Positions 23,701 through 34,352 of a stretch of 64,000 nt of DNA are shown in pieces (position 1 is the first letter of the stretch; each line of letters opens with the position of its first letter). A program made the position numbers and the translations under genes. The DNA lies in the NCBI RefSeq assembly GCF_041146345.1, contig NW_027191409.1, positions 186,001 through 250,000 of the forward strand, read 5' to 3'. The notes below the pieces were generated by a model. That model saw only the letters and a list, made by a program, of their open reading frames with translations, made no database searches and was not told the DNA's origin. The stretch is from Neodothiora populina (Eukaryota).

Positions 23701-25757
23701 CGCTCGAAGATGAGACTATCTTGCAGATCATCGACAGCTTGGAAGACACTCGCTCCTATTACTACCAGAAAGTCATGGCTTCACTCTTTACACCGTCGCG
23801 CGTCCAGCGTGCAAGAGCCCTTGCGTGGGAAGCTGGAGTGAAGGAGCACATTGCCACAGAAGAAGAGATGGGAATTCGTGACGATGCGCACCAGCTTATT
23901 CACAGTTTGCTCAGACACCATGGTGCCCAGGAAATGAATCGCTCGGTAATCCATGATCGTTCCAATGATTATGCAGCTTCCGATGTGTTTCAGCTTCTTG
24001 ATGCTTCTGGGAACCTTCTACAGCTCGCATATGACTACACTCTACCATATGCGAGACAGCTTGCAAAGCATCCGCCTGTTCTTCCGGTCCAGAAATCATT
24101 TGTCTTCGGTCGCGTATATCGCGATGTTCTGACTGGAGGTCCTCCAAAGGCTCTGGGGATCATCGATTTTGATATTGCTTCTCGATATCCACGCCAACTC
24201 GCGCTACATGAAGCAGAGTGTATGAAGGCTGTCGAGAACATTATCGACAACATACCGGCTCTGTCAGCATTGACCACTCTGTTCCACCTGAACCACTCGG
24301 ACCTCTTGGAGCTCATCCTAGACCACTGCCGTATTGACAAAGCCCAGAGGACCGCCGTAAAAGAGATCCTCAGTAAATTGAACTTCCACCGGTACACCTG
24401 GAAGAAGATCCGAGCCGAGCTTCGTGCTCCCCTCCTTGCTATCCCATCGACCTCTCTCGACGAGCTTCAAAAGTTTGACTTTCGTGAAACCTGGGACAAG
24501 ACCCAGGAGCGGCTGTTGTCCATATTCTTAAAGCCTACTTATGCGAATAGACTTCGACGACCACTGGAACAGATACGCAATACCATCGAGTATATGAAAG
24601 TCTTGGGTGTTCGGAAGAAGGTCTTCGTCAGCCCGCTGAGTTGCATCAACGAGAAATACTATGCTCATGGTCTAATGTTTCAATGCGTCAATGACAAGAA
24701 GAATCAAGCACTAATTCTAGCAGCTGGCGGTAGGTATGACAGTCTGATCGAAGCCCATCGTGCTCGTGGACAGCCAACAGCTGGAACTTGTCATGCTGTC
24801 GGTGTGAGTATTGGCTGGGACTCTATCGTCAACTGTATATTACGTCACCGCAAGAACACTTCGACCTCAACATATCTCAAGAAAGGGGCCGAAGAGATAT
24901 CTCCGGCACATGATGCTCTTAGGGTAAGTGGAGTCTACTTCATTTGCCCACATCTCCAGAATGACCCAAATGGGTCATATGTCAAACGTAAGAAACTACC
25001 TATGCTGACAGTACTGAAATCAAAGTGTGAGATCCTTATCGCATCATCCGATCAGAATGTCTTAGACACCGTGGGGGCAAGGCTTCTGCCTACCCTTTGG
25101 GGCGCCAAATTCTCAGCAGAGCTTGCGATTGATACCGGGGTTGTGGATGACCTGCTCGGCCGTCGACTCGATACCTCCCACACCTGGGTTATAATTGTAA
25201 AGCACGACCCTTCCGTCGTAAAAGTCTGGAGTAGCTTCTACGGCACCATGACAGAAGTGTCTTCGCAGAGGCTACTACAATCTCTGCACGCCGAGCAAAA
25301 AGAGCGTGAGCACGAAGCCAGTGCCAAATTGACCAAGCAGGCAACTCTAGTGAGACACCATTCACACAACGCTGCAGACGACGAGAACCAGGGGGAGTCG
25401 CAGGTCCGGGTCTTGCTCGCCCAGCATAAGAGCAAGAAAAGCAACAAATACAACATCATCAACAAAGCCCGCGAGCGCTGGCACGCGCTACTGAAAGAGC
25501 TCCAAAGCGGGCCCATCCTGGCCATCGAAACCCGCGACGAGACACTCGAAGCTATCCAGCAGACAAAGCTCAGCGACGTCGACTCGTGGAAAAAAGTCAT
25601 CCAGACGGCGCCAGTGAGTGACAGGCAATACCTCAGCCAAGTGCAGGAAGAGCTGCTGGACATCAAAGCGAAGTGGACGAAGAGCGACAGCCCGCAGGTC
25701 GCCGGGCTCTACAATTTCCGCTCTGGAGCTTGCATCTACTACGACTTGGGCATCTAG
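20775..25757 (+). CDS. GCN2: eIF2-alpha kinase Gcn2 (RWD, pseudokinase, kinase, HisRS-like, C-terminal domain)
   Basis: 1660-codon ORF: RWD (QSDEIEVLKAIY..TYP), pseudokinase, kinase LGKGGFGEVVKARN..YAIKKI..LYIQMEYCE..IIHRDLKPDNIF..IGDFGLA, HisRS-like AAGGRYDSLI. Likely in-frame intron 24924-25025. Confidence 0.96.
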   Translation: MAPKSPWKTNTPKNNKKNDGQFASTKQANVAGLHVNQIDEPGSVNYAEVQSDEIEVLKAIYMEDYEEVEVKSAWSTTSDKAFRLTLRSFSDEETYVVLSVKLTATYPRSPPVLQVKGLEKLHTTARNQVQKIIQSRPGELSGEAMIHAIATDIQDVLEDAVLSRERGVLPSLEEERMIQENVAEQQAKELEADEAKRAEAVQAEEDRMMDQMVQQEIERRDKHRSKARRTSEAEKGNANADDIRFDQTISLTRADLIDFSTVSLVSSISSKGSAKISAAKPKVIGHTTLETELLAVRQVRLNLPPGESSSWSELLELEEILEQLKGMRQANIVNLYAFKIEKIENEVGLESQNRVVTVLTDLANRGSLAEMLEDGQTVPLPKARQWSLDLLEALDFYHRNGMIHKRIHPGNVLFFRSQSGVTMPKLADAGYEDRLLRLQGRSSTGEKAKKMVAWLAPEVAVDHTTHTRRSDIWDFGVLLIQMLFGTTITRKHASPHTLLESLDLSESLEAVLLKVFSKDARERPTAFDLMPSEFFRSDGPLTSAERSHSSRHRRLSSSQGFSGQRSPIARRSRQNSASATEAPSVSRYLNDFVELGRLGKGGFGEVVKARNKADGGVYAIKKIKQTSVEQLQQVLSEAMLLHRLNNAYVVRYFSAWVEDDFSSTSAIEEDSVTESYGTSTGQDIEFGLSSRGLDFASSQGYNIEFGEDSSEDDGSSAEDDEDDEDEDVSSGTETGGHQTHMQAGARGPISERAIHDSHTTDSSPLMKTRSKSHRIARSVLYIQMEYCERHTLRDIIRRDIYEKPQEGWQMLRQVVEGLAHIHSHGIIHRDLKPDNIFIDITGIPRIGDFGLATTSRQLGTDKILASTNTGEDMTRSIGTALYVAPEISSGTGSYNDKVDMYSLGIIFFEMCYPLKTAMERHQVILQIREKVHVLPPAFANSEKSKQADVIMSLINHTPSERPSSHELLRSGKLPVPLEDETILQIIDSLEDTRSYYYQKVMASLFTPSRVQRARALAWEAGVKEHIATEEEMGIRDDAHQLIHSLLRHHGAQEMNRSVIHDRSNDYAASDVFQLLDASGNLLQLAYDYTLPYARQLAKHPPVLPVQKSFVFGRVYRDVLTGGPPKALGIIDFDIASRYPRQLALHEAECMKAVENIIDNIPALSALTTLFHLNHSDLLELILDHCRIDKAQRTAVKEILSKLNFHRYTWKKIRAELRAPLLAIPSTSLDELQKFDFRETWDKTQERLLSIFLKPTYANRLRRPLEQIRNTIEYMKVLGVRKKVFVSPLSCINEKYYAHGLMFQCVNDKKNQALILAAGGRYDSLIEAHRARGQPTAGTCHAVGVSIGWDSIVNCILRHRKNTSTSTYLKKGAEEISPAHDALRVSGVYFICPHLQNDPNGSYVKRKKLPMLTVLKSKCEILIASSDQNVLDTVGARLLPTLWGAKFSAELAIDTGVVDDLLGRRLDTSHTWVIIVKHDPSVVKVWSSFYGTMTEVSSQRLLQSLHAEQKEREHEASAKLTKQATLVRHHSHNAADDENQGESQVRVLLAQHKSKKSNKYNIINKARERWHALLKELQSGPILAIETRDETLEAIQQTKLSDVDSWKKVIQTAPVSDRQYLSQVQEELLDIKAKWTKSDSPQVAGLYNFRSGACIYYDLGI

Positions 25758-27000
25758 ATCCGCGGCCGCCTTGAGTTGCGCAACGAAGACATGTGAGAAT
25801 GAAATTGGAGGGGGGTTTAACGTAAGTATGAGAAAAACCAAAGGATGACAAAAACAAAATATCTAGGCTGGTGACGGACGAATGAACGAACGAACGACGG
25901 ACGAACTCAACGCTAACGCTATTCTGTTTCTACTCTTTACCAACCTACCTTATAGAACAACTCAATCTGATAACATATGATTTTTCCCCTTCTAGATGAA
26001 CACTAGTCGTACGAGAGTGATTGGTGGTACAGCTTTATCTGATTCTTACTCGCCGGACATGGAATAATGGACCGCACGTCACGTATCTGGAGCGTCCTTG
26101 GAGATACATGGGCGGCATCAAGGAGACATGATATGCTTCTGTTTGACTCTGCCTTGTGTGTAGCAGCCGCCGCGAGCCATCCGCACGAGATATAGTATAC
26201 TCAGGCCCAAAGTACGACTGTCTAGTTCGTGCTCTAGCTGTACCTGCAGCGATGGTCGTGGTCTTGTGTACGACGCTGCTTCATGCCATATGTGCAGTGA
26301 TACGAGATCTGAGCTCGTACACTTGTACAGTACTGTAGCTGTTACCTCAAGGTCTTTAGCGAAGCGGAGAAGATGGGGCTCTCCGCTTGATTGGGTCGTG
26401 TATTCTTGGCATCGCACTTTGCACACGCGACGTCCACATCTGGTATATCAAGCTGTCCCCAAGTTGTCAAGTGATTTTCCAGAACAATATGGGAGACTTG
26501 TTGCAGAAAATTTGACAAGCACAGGAAGAAGTAGAGGGCAAAAATGTATCTGCATTGCAGGTTTCTACCCAGTAAAAAAAAACGGATGGGGGAGTAAGAG
26601 CCCAAAGGCGACCGCCCGCGATGAACAAGCAGTGCCGGTGTTAGAGCCCCGTAACCATCCACCCACTTGATGGAACATCTCATCGTGAATCCCGATTTAC
26701 TTTCGAAAAGTCAATTGACCGACTCCCATAATTTGTCCCAGTCGTCATCCTCCCAGACATCAGAACAACTCCCCAATTGCAAGCTACAAGCACTTGCCAG
26801 GCCGAGCCAGGATGACAAGTCCGGCTACAAAACCAGCCGTGCGAGCGAACCGAAGAAGAAAAGGTGCTTTGGTATCCTTGAACATTCCGAATGATGCCGC
26901 GAGTGTAGCGTTTGTCGACGTCATGAGAATGTGGGTTGCATGTTATGCGTAGGAAGACGTCATGCGACGGAGAGCCGAGATCGAGTGTTCAGCGAGTTGC

Positions 27001-27133
27001 TTACTTGCTGTAGAAATTATAAGAGATGTGATCCAAATGGAGCTTGCAATGGAGCTACTTACGATCTTGCTCTCGTCTTTCTTCTCTTGCGCTTGAGGCG
27101 CCTGACGCGCTTCTTTCTCCACTTGGCTCTCAT
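27001..27133 (-). CDS. RPL41: 60S ribosomal protein L41 (eL41), 25 aa, not in the ORF track
   Basis: Exon 27133-27063, intron 27062-27008 (GTAAGT..TACAG), exon 27007-27001 translate to MRAKWRKKRVRRLKRKRRKTRARSK*. A 5'-UTR intron lies at 27207-27143 (GTAAGT..GCTAAC..TTGCAG). Confidence 0.96.
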
Positions 27134-27479
27134 CTTTGCAGCCTGCAAGTGAAGCTGTTAGCTGACTGCAGATTTTCAATTGACAATGTCCGAGATGGTG
27201 AACTTACGGTACTGTTTAGATAAGTGCGGTGTGAATGAAGGAGGGGAAGCTCTGGACAGCTCGACGGAGACTGAAATCATTTGTGCAGTGCGGAGACTAG
27301 CGTGCGCTGACTAAGCCTACCCGAAAGCTTGGACGCTTGACATAACGAAAATACCAAGGCACGTGAGTAGTAATGGCATTTTCGCTGTCACACATCCGCA
27401 TCTACTTCGGTTGCATCTTATTCTATCTTATCTGTGCACCCATAGCGGAGACTGGAAGGTCGAAGAAGCCGTCGGAACG

Positions 27480-29548
27480 ATGTCTGGGTCTGAAGATTCA
27501 GTGTCTGGAGCAATTGCATGGCTCGGCTTCGGCGACGACCATGGCTACTCCTCAGGTGCAAACGCAATTTGAGCTTCTGCACCATTGAGGCTCCCATGCT
27601 GATGGTAAAGCAGAAGTCATTGAGATGTTCGCCAGACATGAATATAAGATTGGGAGATCGGATGTCCTGAAGTTTGCAAACTGTGCCATTCAACATGTGC
27701 AGAAATTGACTTGCTTAGGATGCTCGGAAGGAATGAGCTCTCGGTTTCCAATCTGCATATCACCATACGGTGTGTGCAGTTTGACGATGACTTGACATGG
27801 GGAGTACCGCCCATAATATATGCTGAAGACCACTCGCCTAACGGTACCTATCTTCAACGAGCTCAGCCGAGTGAACTCGGAAAAGGCTCATCCACGAAAC
27901 GAACTTTTGATCAACTCAAAGGTTCTATTCCTGTCCAGCATGGGGACAGGCTTTACCTCGACCGTGCCAAGGGCATATTCATTCAGATTGCAATACAGGT
28001 CGATCTGGAAGATTCAGTCATGTCTCCTACTTTGGTTAAGGATATCAAGGTCTTTGTCGCTTTGTTCGTGACGTGCTAAAATGCCTCGAGCTCACATCAC
28101 TGCAGAGCTTCGAGAATGACTATAGAGTTACGTCGCAGATTGTCGGTACTGGAGGTCAAGGTACAGTCTATGTTGCAGTCCACCAGAGCACAGGAGAGGC
28201 ACGTGCCTGCAAGGTCATCCCACTCAAGGGGACACGCTTGTCCAATCGTGAAGCCAGCACTATACTATCTCAACCAGATACGACACATAGCGCAGAGGCT
28301 TCGGTTCATGTAGGTGAAGAGGCAGGTATGACTTCTGTTGTCGGTGCAAGACTTTGTAAATTGCGGAACGAGTACACCATACTCAAAGACCTGATTCATG
28401 TAAAGAAAATGTTCGCGGACTTCTGATCATGACTAACATCAGCCAGCCGAACATTGTAACTGTGGAACGTGTGTTCGTTACAACTCACCATATGTGAGAG
28501 CTCTAAAACACTTTGACGGTGATTTTCTATGACTGACTACGGCCTAGTTGCATCATGGAAGAGCTAGTCACCGGCGGAGATCTACTGTCATTTATGGAGC
28601 ATAAGAACGAACAGCTAAGAGAACCACAATGTGCAGTGATAATCCTCCAAGTACTCAAGGCCGCCGAGTATCTACATGCCAAGAACGTTGTACATCGTGA
28701 TATCAAACCAGACAATATCTTGATGACCTCCTGGAAGGACGGCGCGCGTGTGGTCTTGACCGATTTCGGACATGCCAGGAGTATGAAAAGTTCACACCGA
28801 CGCGGCGCGGCTACTCGCATGTTCACGACCGTGGGGACATTAGGTTATACTGCTCCGTAAGATGAACACATTCCCTGTATTGATGTACAATTATCTAACA
28901 TAGAGATTCAGCGAAGTCCATCGTCTATACACCACCTTACATGGCGAGACCGGTTACAGCATGGCTGTCGATATGTGGTCAATTGGCACGATTACTGCCT
29001 TGCTAATGACTGGGGCCTTGATCTTCCCCGGCAACGAGGGTGACGAATCGGAGCAGAAATTGTCAAAGTTACGGGCAGCAGCAAAATGTGATCTTTCAGC
29101 CATCGATCAGAGCAAAGGCAGGTGGGCACTTGTGACCAAACGTGGAAAAGCGTTCGTCAAGGCTTTGCTGGTCCTGGATGAGAAGAAACGCTTGACAGCT
29201 ACTCAAGCTCTGCAGCACTCATGGCTGAGTTGTGCTGCGTACGCCGATGAGCTGAACACTGTATACGAAAGTGCGATCGAGAATTGGAGACCCAGGACTA
29301 CGGCTGGTGATGTCGTGCACACCGATGACAACTCAGCATCGCCTGTTCCTCCTGTGCATGTTCGGAATAAGGCAGTCGAGTCAACGTTCTTCACTGAGCA
29401 ACATGCATCGGCCGTCCACCCAGCTTCGGTATCCCAACGCCAGTACTCCACCACACCATATAGCGATAACCTACTATACAATCGCAAGCGCTGGCTGAAG
29501 TCGAAGGGAGCACTCAACATATCGCCAGATTTAGGTCCTGACCCTTAA
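27480..29548 (+). CDS. FHA-domain Ser/Thr kinase, Mek1-like (meiotic Chk2 family)
   Basis: FHA motifs IGR..VSNLH..IYAEDHSPNGTYL; kinase VGTGGQGTVY, ACKVI, HPNIV, EELVTGGDL, HRDIKPDNIL, TDFGHAR, VGTLGYTAPE, VDMWSIG over about 7 exons. The 5' splice sites are weak, so the start is approximate. Confidence 0.75.
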
Positions 29549-30222
29549 AGAAGAAGAATCGAGAGCTGCTCGCAAGATATTGACCTGTCAGGGGTCTTTG
29601 GCGGCTCACCCGAGTTGGGCACTTGGCCAAGAACTCCGCCCTGAGGGTCTCGGACGACCTCACGAGAATGGGCTGTGATGCTGAAAGGCAACACAATTTT
29701 CTGAATTTGTAATGATGTGATGTCCCCCTCTTTTCACAGCGCGAACGTGATCGGGAGCAAGACCTTCACGTATCTACCATGAAGGAGTGACACATGTTCT
29801 GTAAGTGGGAAGATCACATTGACGTTATCAATCCACAATACGCGAGGAGAATCACGAAGAGCATTCAGGCGAAGTAGATAGCAGTCATTGTACATTCTAC
29901 GAGATCTTTCCATAGGGAGAATGTACCGATAATGAACTCTCAATATTGATACCAGAAGTCTCTTTAGATTGGCTTCTCTACCCCTCTCTCGCCCCAGACA
30001 TTAAGTGAGTGAATTAGATGAACCTTGTTTTACCCCTCAATCCTCGTCTTTCCTCTGCCTCTCTTCGACCCGTCCGTTGTCCTCCCATTGTTCTCTTCCC
30101 TCTACGTATCCTAATGGGACGTGGATACAGCTCCACATCGACGGATGTCCCAGACTTCGCATTGAGATGTCATATTGTAAAAAAGACGAGGACAAGTGAA
30201 AGGAGATATCAAGAGGTGCTCC

Positions 30223-32010
30223 CTATGCAATGTATGCAGGATCTGACAGTGTGGTGCAGCCGATTGAGCAAGGAGGATGAGTATCGCTGGTCGGCCTAGG
30301 ACCAGGAGTGATGGTAGACATCGGTGGTGGGGGAGGTGGCGGTGGCGGTGGTGGTGGGGATGATGATGATTCGGGAATAGTAGAAGATGGGCTGGGTGGG
30401 CATGGAGTCGATGTAGTAGATGAAAAAGATGGTTCTGGCATGGACGAAGAGGATGAGGAAGAGAATGGGGTTGATGGCGAAGATGTTGACATTGTGGTCG
30501 TGGTCCGAAAGACCGACGTAGCAGGTGACGAAGTAGACGCAGGCGGTTCTGGGTACGACGACGATGAGACCGATGACGTTGGAGAAGTCGAAAAAAGAGT
30601 CATCGTGACAGTCTTATTGCTGCACTCGGAACAGGAAGTCGTTGGCGTCACCATGAGAGTGGTAGTGTTGGTGTAATGGTGATGACTTGTTGCAAGCACG
30701 GTGGACCATACAGTATTATTGACCATGGTTGTGAATGTTGAAGTATGTTCGATGCTCTTGGGCGTTTCGGTTACCGTGACAGAATGGACGTCAGTGTAAT
30801 TGTAATAACTTGTTAATACAGCAGTTGACAAGGTAGTCAGAGTGTTGTTCAGAATAACGGTGATGGTTGCTGTTGCGACGGGAGTACCCATGGACGAGTT
30901 TGACCATAGACTCGATGTCGTCGATGCCATACTTGATGTCTGGTTAGTTGTGCTTTGCGTGGTGGAGCTGTTCATTGATGGCGTCACGCCCCAAGTATAT
31001 GTAGTAGTAGTAGCCACTACCGATGGCACAGTCGCTGTGACAAGAGATACCCCACTCGGCGCGGTGATCATTGAGGTGTTAGAGACAGTCGACACTACAG
31101 TAGAAACAACAACCGAAGACATGTTTGTCGGCATTTGACCAGTCATGTAGACTACTGGGAAGGTACTTTCAGCAGAGTCTGTCGTGACATTGGTCAGTCC
31201 TGTGTTATTCGAGATACTGGTGCTCATAGGTGGGTACGTGGTCGAATTGGTAGCCATCGTCGAGGTGGTATTATTGGCGGAAGCAGTACTTGTCGTTGTC
31301 ATAGAAGTCGAGGTGTTCTCTGCTCTCAGAGTAGTTGTAGAGGTAGACGACAATGTGGCAGACGGGGCTGTAGCGGTGCTCATGATAGTGGTCGAGTTGA
31401 AAGTAGCTGTAGACGTGGTGCTGTTTACAGTGACAGTGTTTGTCATCGTAGTAGAACTTGAATTAATACTTGTGCTTATGGTGCTCATAGAGGTGGACGA
31501 TAAGGTCACAGGGGAGACGGTAGCGGTGCTGGTCGTTGTCGTCGAATTAGTGGCAGCGACTGATGTAGTGCTGTTGGTAACAGCAGAGCTTGTCGTTTGG
31601 GTAGAAGCTGAAGTAGTGTTGGCGTCGATCGTGCTCATAAAAGTAGACGATGAGACCACTGGCGAAACAGTGGCCGTACTGATGATGGTAGATGAACCCG
31701 AGCTATTGGTCGAGGTGACTGTATCAGTCAGAGTGGTCGACGATACATCTGACGAGGCAGTGGTGGTGGTTTGAGCCACCGCTGTGCCTTCACCCGCACC
31801 TTCGGTGCCATTGCCTGCACGTTTTGCCAAAAATTTGCCAATGGGAGGCGTACGCATCATCACAGCTTCGCCACCAGCTGGGCCAGAGTCGAGGGCAGGG
31901 CCGTGCAAGTCGCCACGCTGTTGACGGCGAAGGAGTCTAGGAAAAGCTTGCGCAGGTGTAGTAAGCTGCAGGACTGACAGTAGCCCTGCCGCGACCATGT
32001 TGATACGCAT
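30223..32010 (-). CDS. Secreted Ser/Thr-rich mucin-like glycoprotein with 50-aa tandem repeats and poly-Pro tail
   Basis: Signal-peptide-like MRINMVAAGLLSVLQLTTPAQA, dibasic RR/KR sites, very high S/T content, many N-x-T/S sequons, PPPPPPPPPPP near the C-terminus. Confidence 0.75.
   Translation of the reverse strand: MRINMVAAGLLSVLQLTTPAQAFPRLLRRQQRGDLHGPALDSGPAGGEAVMMRTPPIGKFLAKRAGNGTEGAGEGTAVAQTTTTASSDVSSTTLTDTVTSTNSSGSSTIISTATVSPVVSSSTFMSTIDANTTSASTQTTSSAVTNSTTSVAATNSTTTTSTATVSPVTLSSTSMSTISTSINSSSTTMTNTVTVNSTTSTATFNSTTIMSTATAPSATLSSTSTTTLRAENTSTSMTTTSTASANNTTSTMATNSTTYPPMSTSISNNTGLTNVTTDSAESTFPVVYMTGQMPTNMSSVVVSTVVSTVSNTSMITAPSGVSLVTATVPSVVATTTTYTWGVTPSMNSSTTQSTTNQTSSMASTTSSLWSNSSMGTPVATATITVILNNTLTTLSTAVLTSYYNYTDVHSVTVTETPKSIEHTSTFTTMVNNTVWSTVLATSHHHYTNTTTLMVTPTTSCSECSNKTVTMTLFSTSPTSSVSSSSYPEPPASTSSPATSVFRTTTTMSTSSPSTPFSSSSSSSMPEPSFSSTTSTPCPPSPSSTIPESSSSPPPPPPPPPPPPMSTITPGPRPTSDTHPPCSIGCTTLSDPAYIA
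31228..31677 (-). repeat. Three degenerate 150-nt (50-aa) intragenic tandem repeats
   Basis: Units TATVSPVVSS.., TATVSPVTLS.. and TATAPSATLS.. start at 31677, 31527 and 31377, exactly 150 nt apart. Confidence 0.8.
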
Positions 32011-34156
32011 GACAAACAGGCAACGAGTATTGGCCAAAGGTAATGGAGAGGACAACTTAGTCTGCGTTACACGAAGGAACAGGATGAAGAAACGAGCGTA
32101 TCTTTGTCTTTGGCCAGAGGGAAGCAAGGAACGGTGTTAAGAGCAGTACCTACCACCTTTATCTGTTCCAGCGACTCAATGGAAGTGCAGTATCGATCGC
32201 GCGTGCGCTCTTTCTTTCTATATCATTCAACGCTATGCGGGACATGATGTCCGAGTTCGTCTCAACTGATATAGAAGTGAGAGGGGTAAGTGATACATGC
32301 TTTTCGATAGTCGAGACCACTTGTCAAATATCGTGGTCAATTATTCTACATTGAGAAAGATCGGTCCCCACATCTCAATTATAGTGGTGAAAGTCGCAAT
32401 GAATAGGCCATTATCTCGATAGTGCGTCTGCGGTGGACGTCTAAGGTTCGGCCAGTATAACTCAAGACTCACAAGTAATTCCAGGACTGTGGTTTGTGAG
32501 CTGTCCTACGAGGATAGCTCTACTTTATGAGCATGATATAGACGATAACGTGAGTTAGAAGGAAATCTCGCTTCCTCGCTAGCACATAGTGGTAACATCT
32601 TTAATCAGTTGCTGTTGAAAATTAGATGTCAGTGAGCTTGCCATCAAGTCACCTGAGGCGTTGAAATGGAAGATGCTGCAATGAGATAATTCAGTATTAC
32701 CAAGTGTCCGGCTATGAGGTAACGAGAGTGAGGACGGTTGCTGACCTTTGGGTTGATTTGGACAGGAGAGGTGAAGTTGGTTCAGGGTTGTCTTGGCCAT
32801 TCTATTTGTGGATTTCCACCACAGGCGGACATCTGCCGACATTGAATAAACTTAGCTTGTCGGACGAACCCCCCGTCTGTCATATTGCTGAGCAGTGTGA
32901 CAGCATGTGTATGTCATTGCAAGCAGGTGTCTTGAGCACTATCATGAGGTGTCGTCCAGTCAAGGTCAGAGAGCCAAGGTACCTACATCTCGCCGATGGT
33001 CCTGGTCTTGTGGCTCAATACTGCTGTTCTCTGTTGACCATGGCACCGGGAATTGATCTTCACTCGAAACTGCTATGCGAGCAAAGCATCAAATACTAGA
33101 GGCCCATCCCACATCATCGGTGGACCGTAGATACGGTCAGCAATCACTTTGCGTAGGAGGGTGTTTCACACCTTCATTGATGCCATGACTTTTTGGAGAT
33201 TATTTCTCGACATCGTTTTGATATAGCTGCCCGGGACTGGACATGATCCTTGATGCCGCGAGGTAGCCTGGATATCAATTCCATATATTTATCTGACATG
33301 ATCGTAGGCAGAAGCCGTGGCAGATCACGGCGTCGGCATGCCGCGGTCTGGGTGACTGAGTCAGGATTTCACATATCACGTTGCTATTCTCGAAGAGATG
33401 TACATTGACAGCGGAAACGTAAGTGCGTGATCCAGATATGAGTGCCGGTATTGCACATACACAACTGTCAGTGGTTGCAAAAAGGCTTCATGACAAGCAG
33501 ATCTAACACACATATCTTAGCACGACCTCTATAATTAGCCCTTGAAAGAAACGTAAGTACCTTAGTTGTGATTGACAAGGTAAGAACACCAAAGACTCTG
33601 AGTAGGTGCTGCTGGAAGCCATCTTAGTTCGAAGAGGCTTCTTCACACAGTCAGATAATGGTTGTTCCTCGCTGCCTCTTGATTCTTGATTACCATTCTC
33701 GACCTCCAATTTGGGCGTTGTGCTATACTGCATCGCTATTCACTCAATATGCATGTTGACCCCACCGTACGTACACTTGCAGGCAGGCTCTTCCATTCCA
33801 CAGTGCGTGACTGCTTTCACTTGATCATTGTTTCGTACATTAAGCAGAGGGTGAACAAGCAGTAGTGAGATGCACACCATTGCATTGAACCAGTTCTTCA
33901 TCATTCTTTGACACTTCACTTGAGTCTGTCTGCTGTCCATATTACCCACAACTTTCTTCTTCTACCCTCATCCATCACCATTGTTCATATCTTCTTATCA
34001 AAGCTTGCAGATGAGCCACTGGTAACAAGTTCACCTCACTCCTAGCTTTTACCTGCACCTCCTCAATCTTGTAGCCATCAAAGGCACTTTCCGCTTGAAG
34101 TCTACTTGGAACGATCTACAAACCTTGGATTGCAAAAGAGTCTTCTGCATTCTCTT

Positions 34157-34236
34157 CATCAATAAAGATCCTCTCACCTTTCACACACATCAATAAAGAT
34201 CCTCTCCCCTTTCACACACGTCAAGAAAGATCTCCT
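34157..34236 (+). repeat. 31-bp tandem repeat, about 2.5 copies
   Basis: CATCAATAAAGATCCTCTCACCTTTCACACA / CATCAATAAAGATCCTCTCCCCTTTCACACA / CGTCAAGAAAGATCTCCT. Confidence 0.8.
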
Positions 34237-34352
34237 ACAGTCTAACACGGATGATATAATCCCGCGTACATCGCCCAGTGAATCAAACAACAAAGAAACG
34301 AGACCTATAACTTCAGCCCTGACAGCAGTGCCCCAGCATCTTAAAGTCCGAA

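Noticed and set aside
30308..31774. Long + strand Val/Asp/Gly-rich ORFs
   Set aside because: Antisense shadows of the Thr/Ser/Pro-rich mucin-like gene.
33500..34080. Possible degenerate multi-exon gene on the minus strand
   Set aside because: Some splice-like signals exist, but no consistent open frame or recognisable motif could be assembled.
34157..34236. 31-bp repeat as a CRISPR-like array
   Set aside because: Eukaryotic context; the units are adjacent with no spacers and there are no cas genes.
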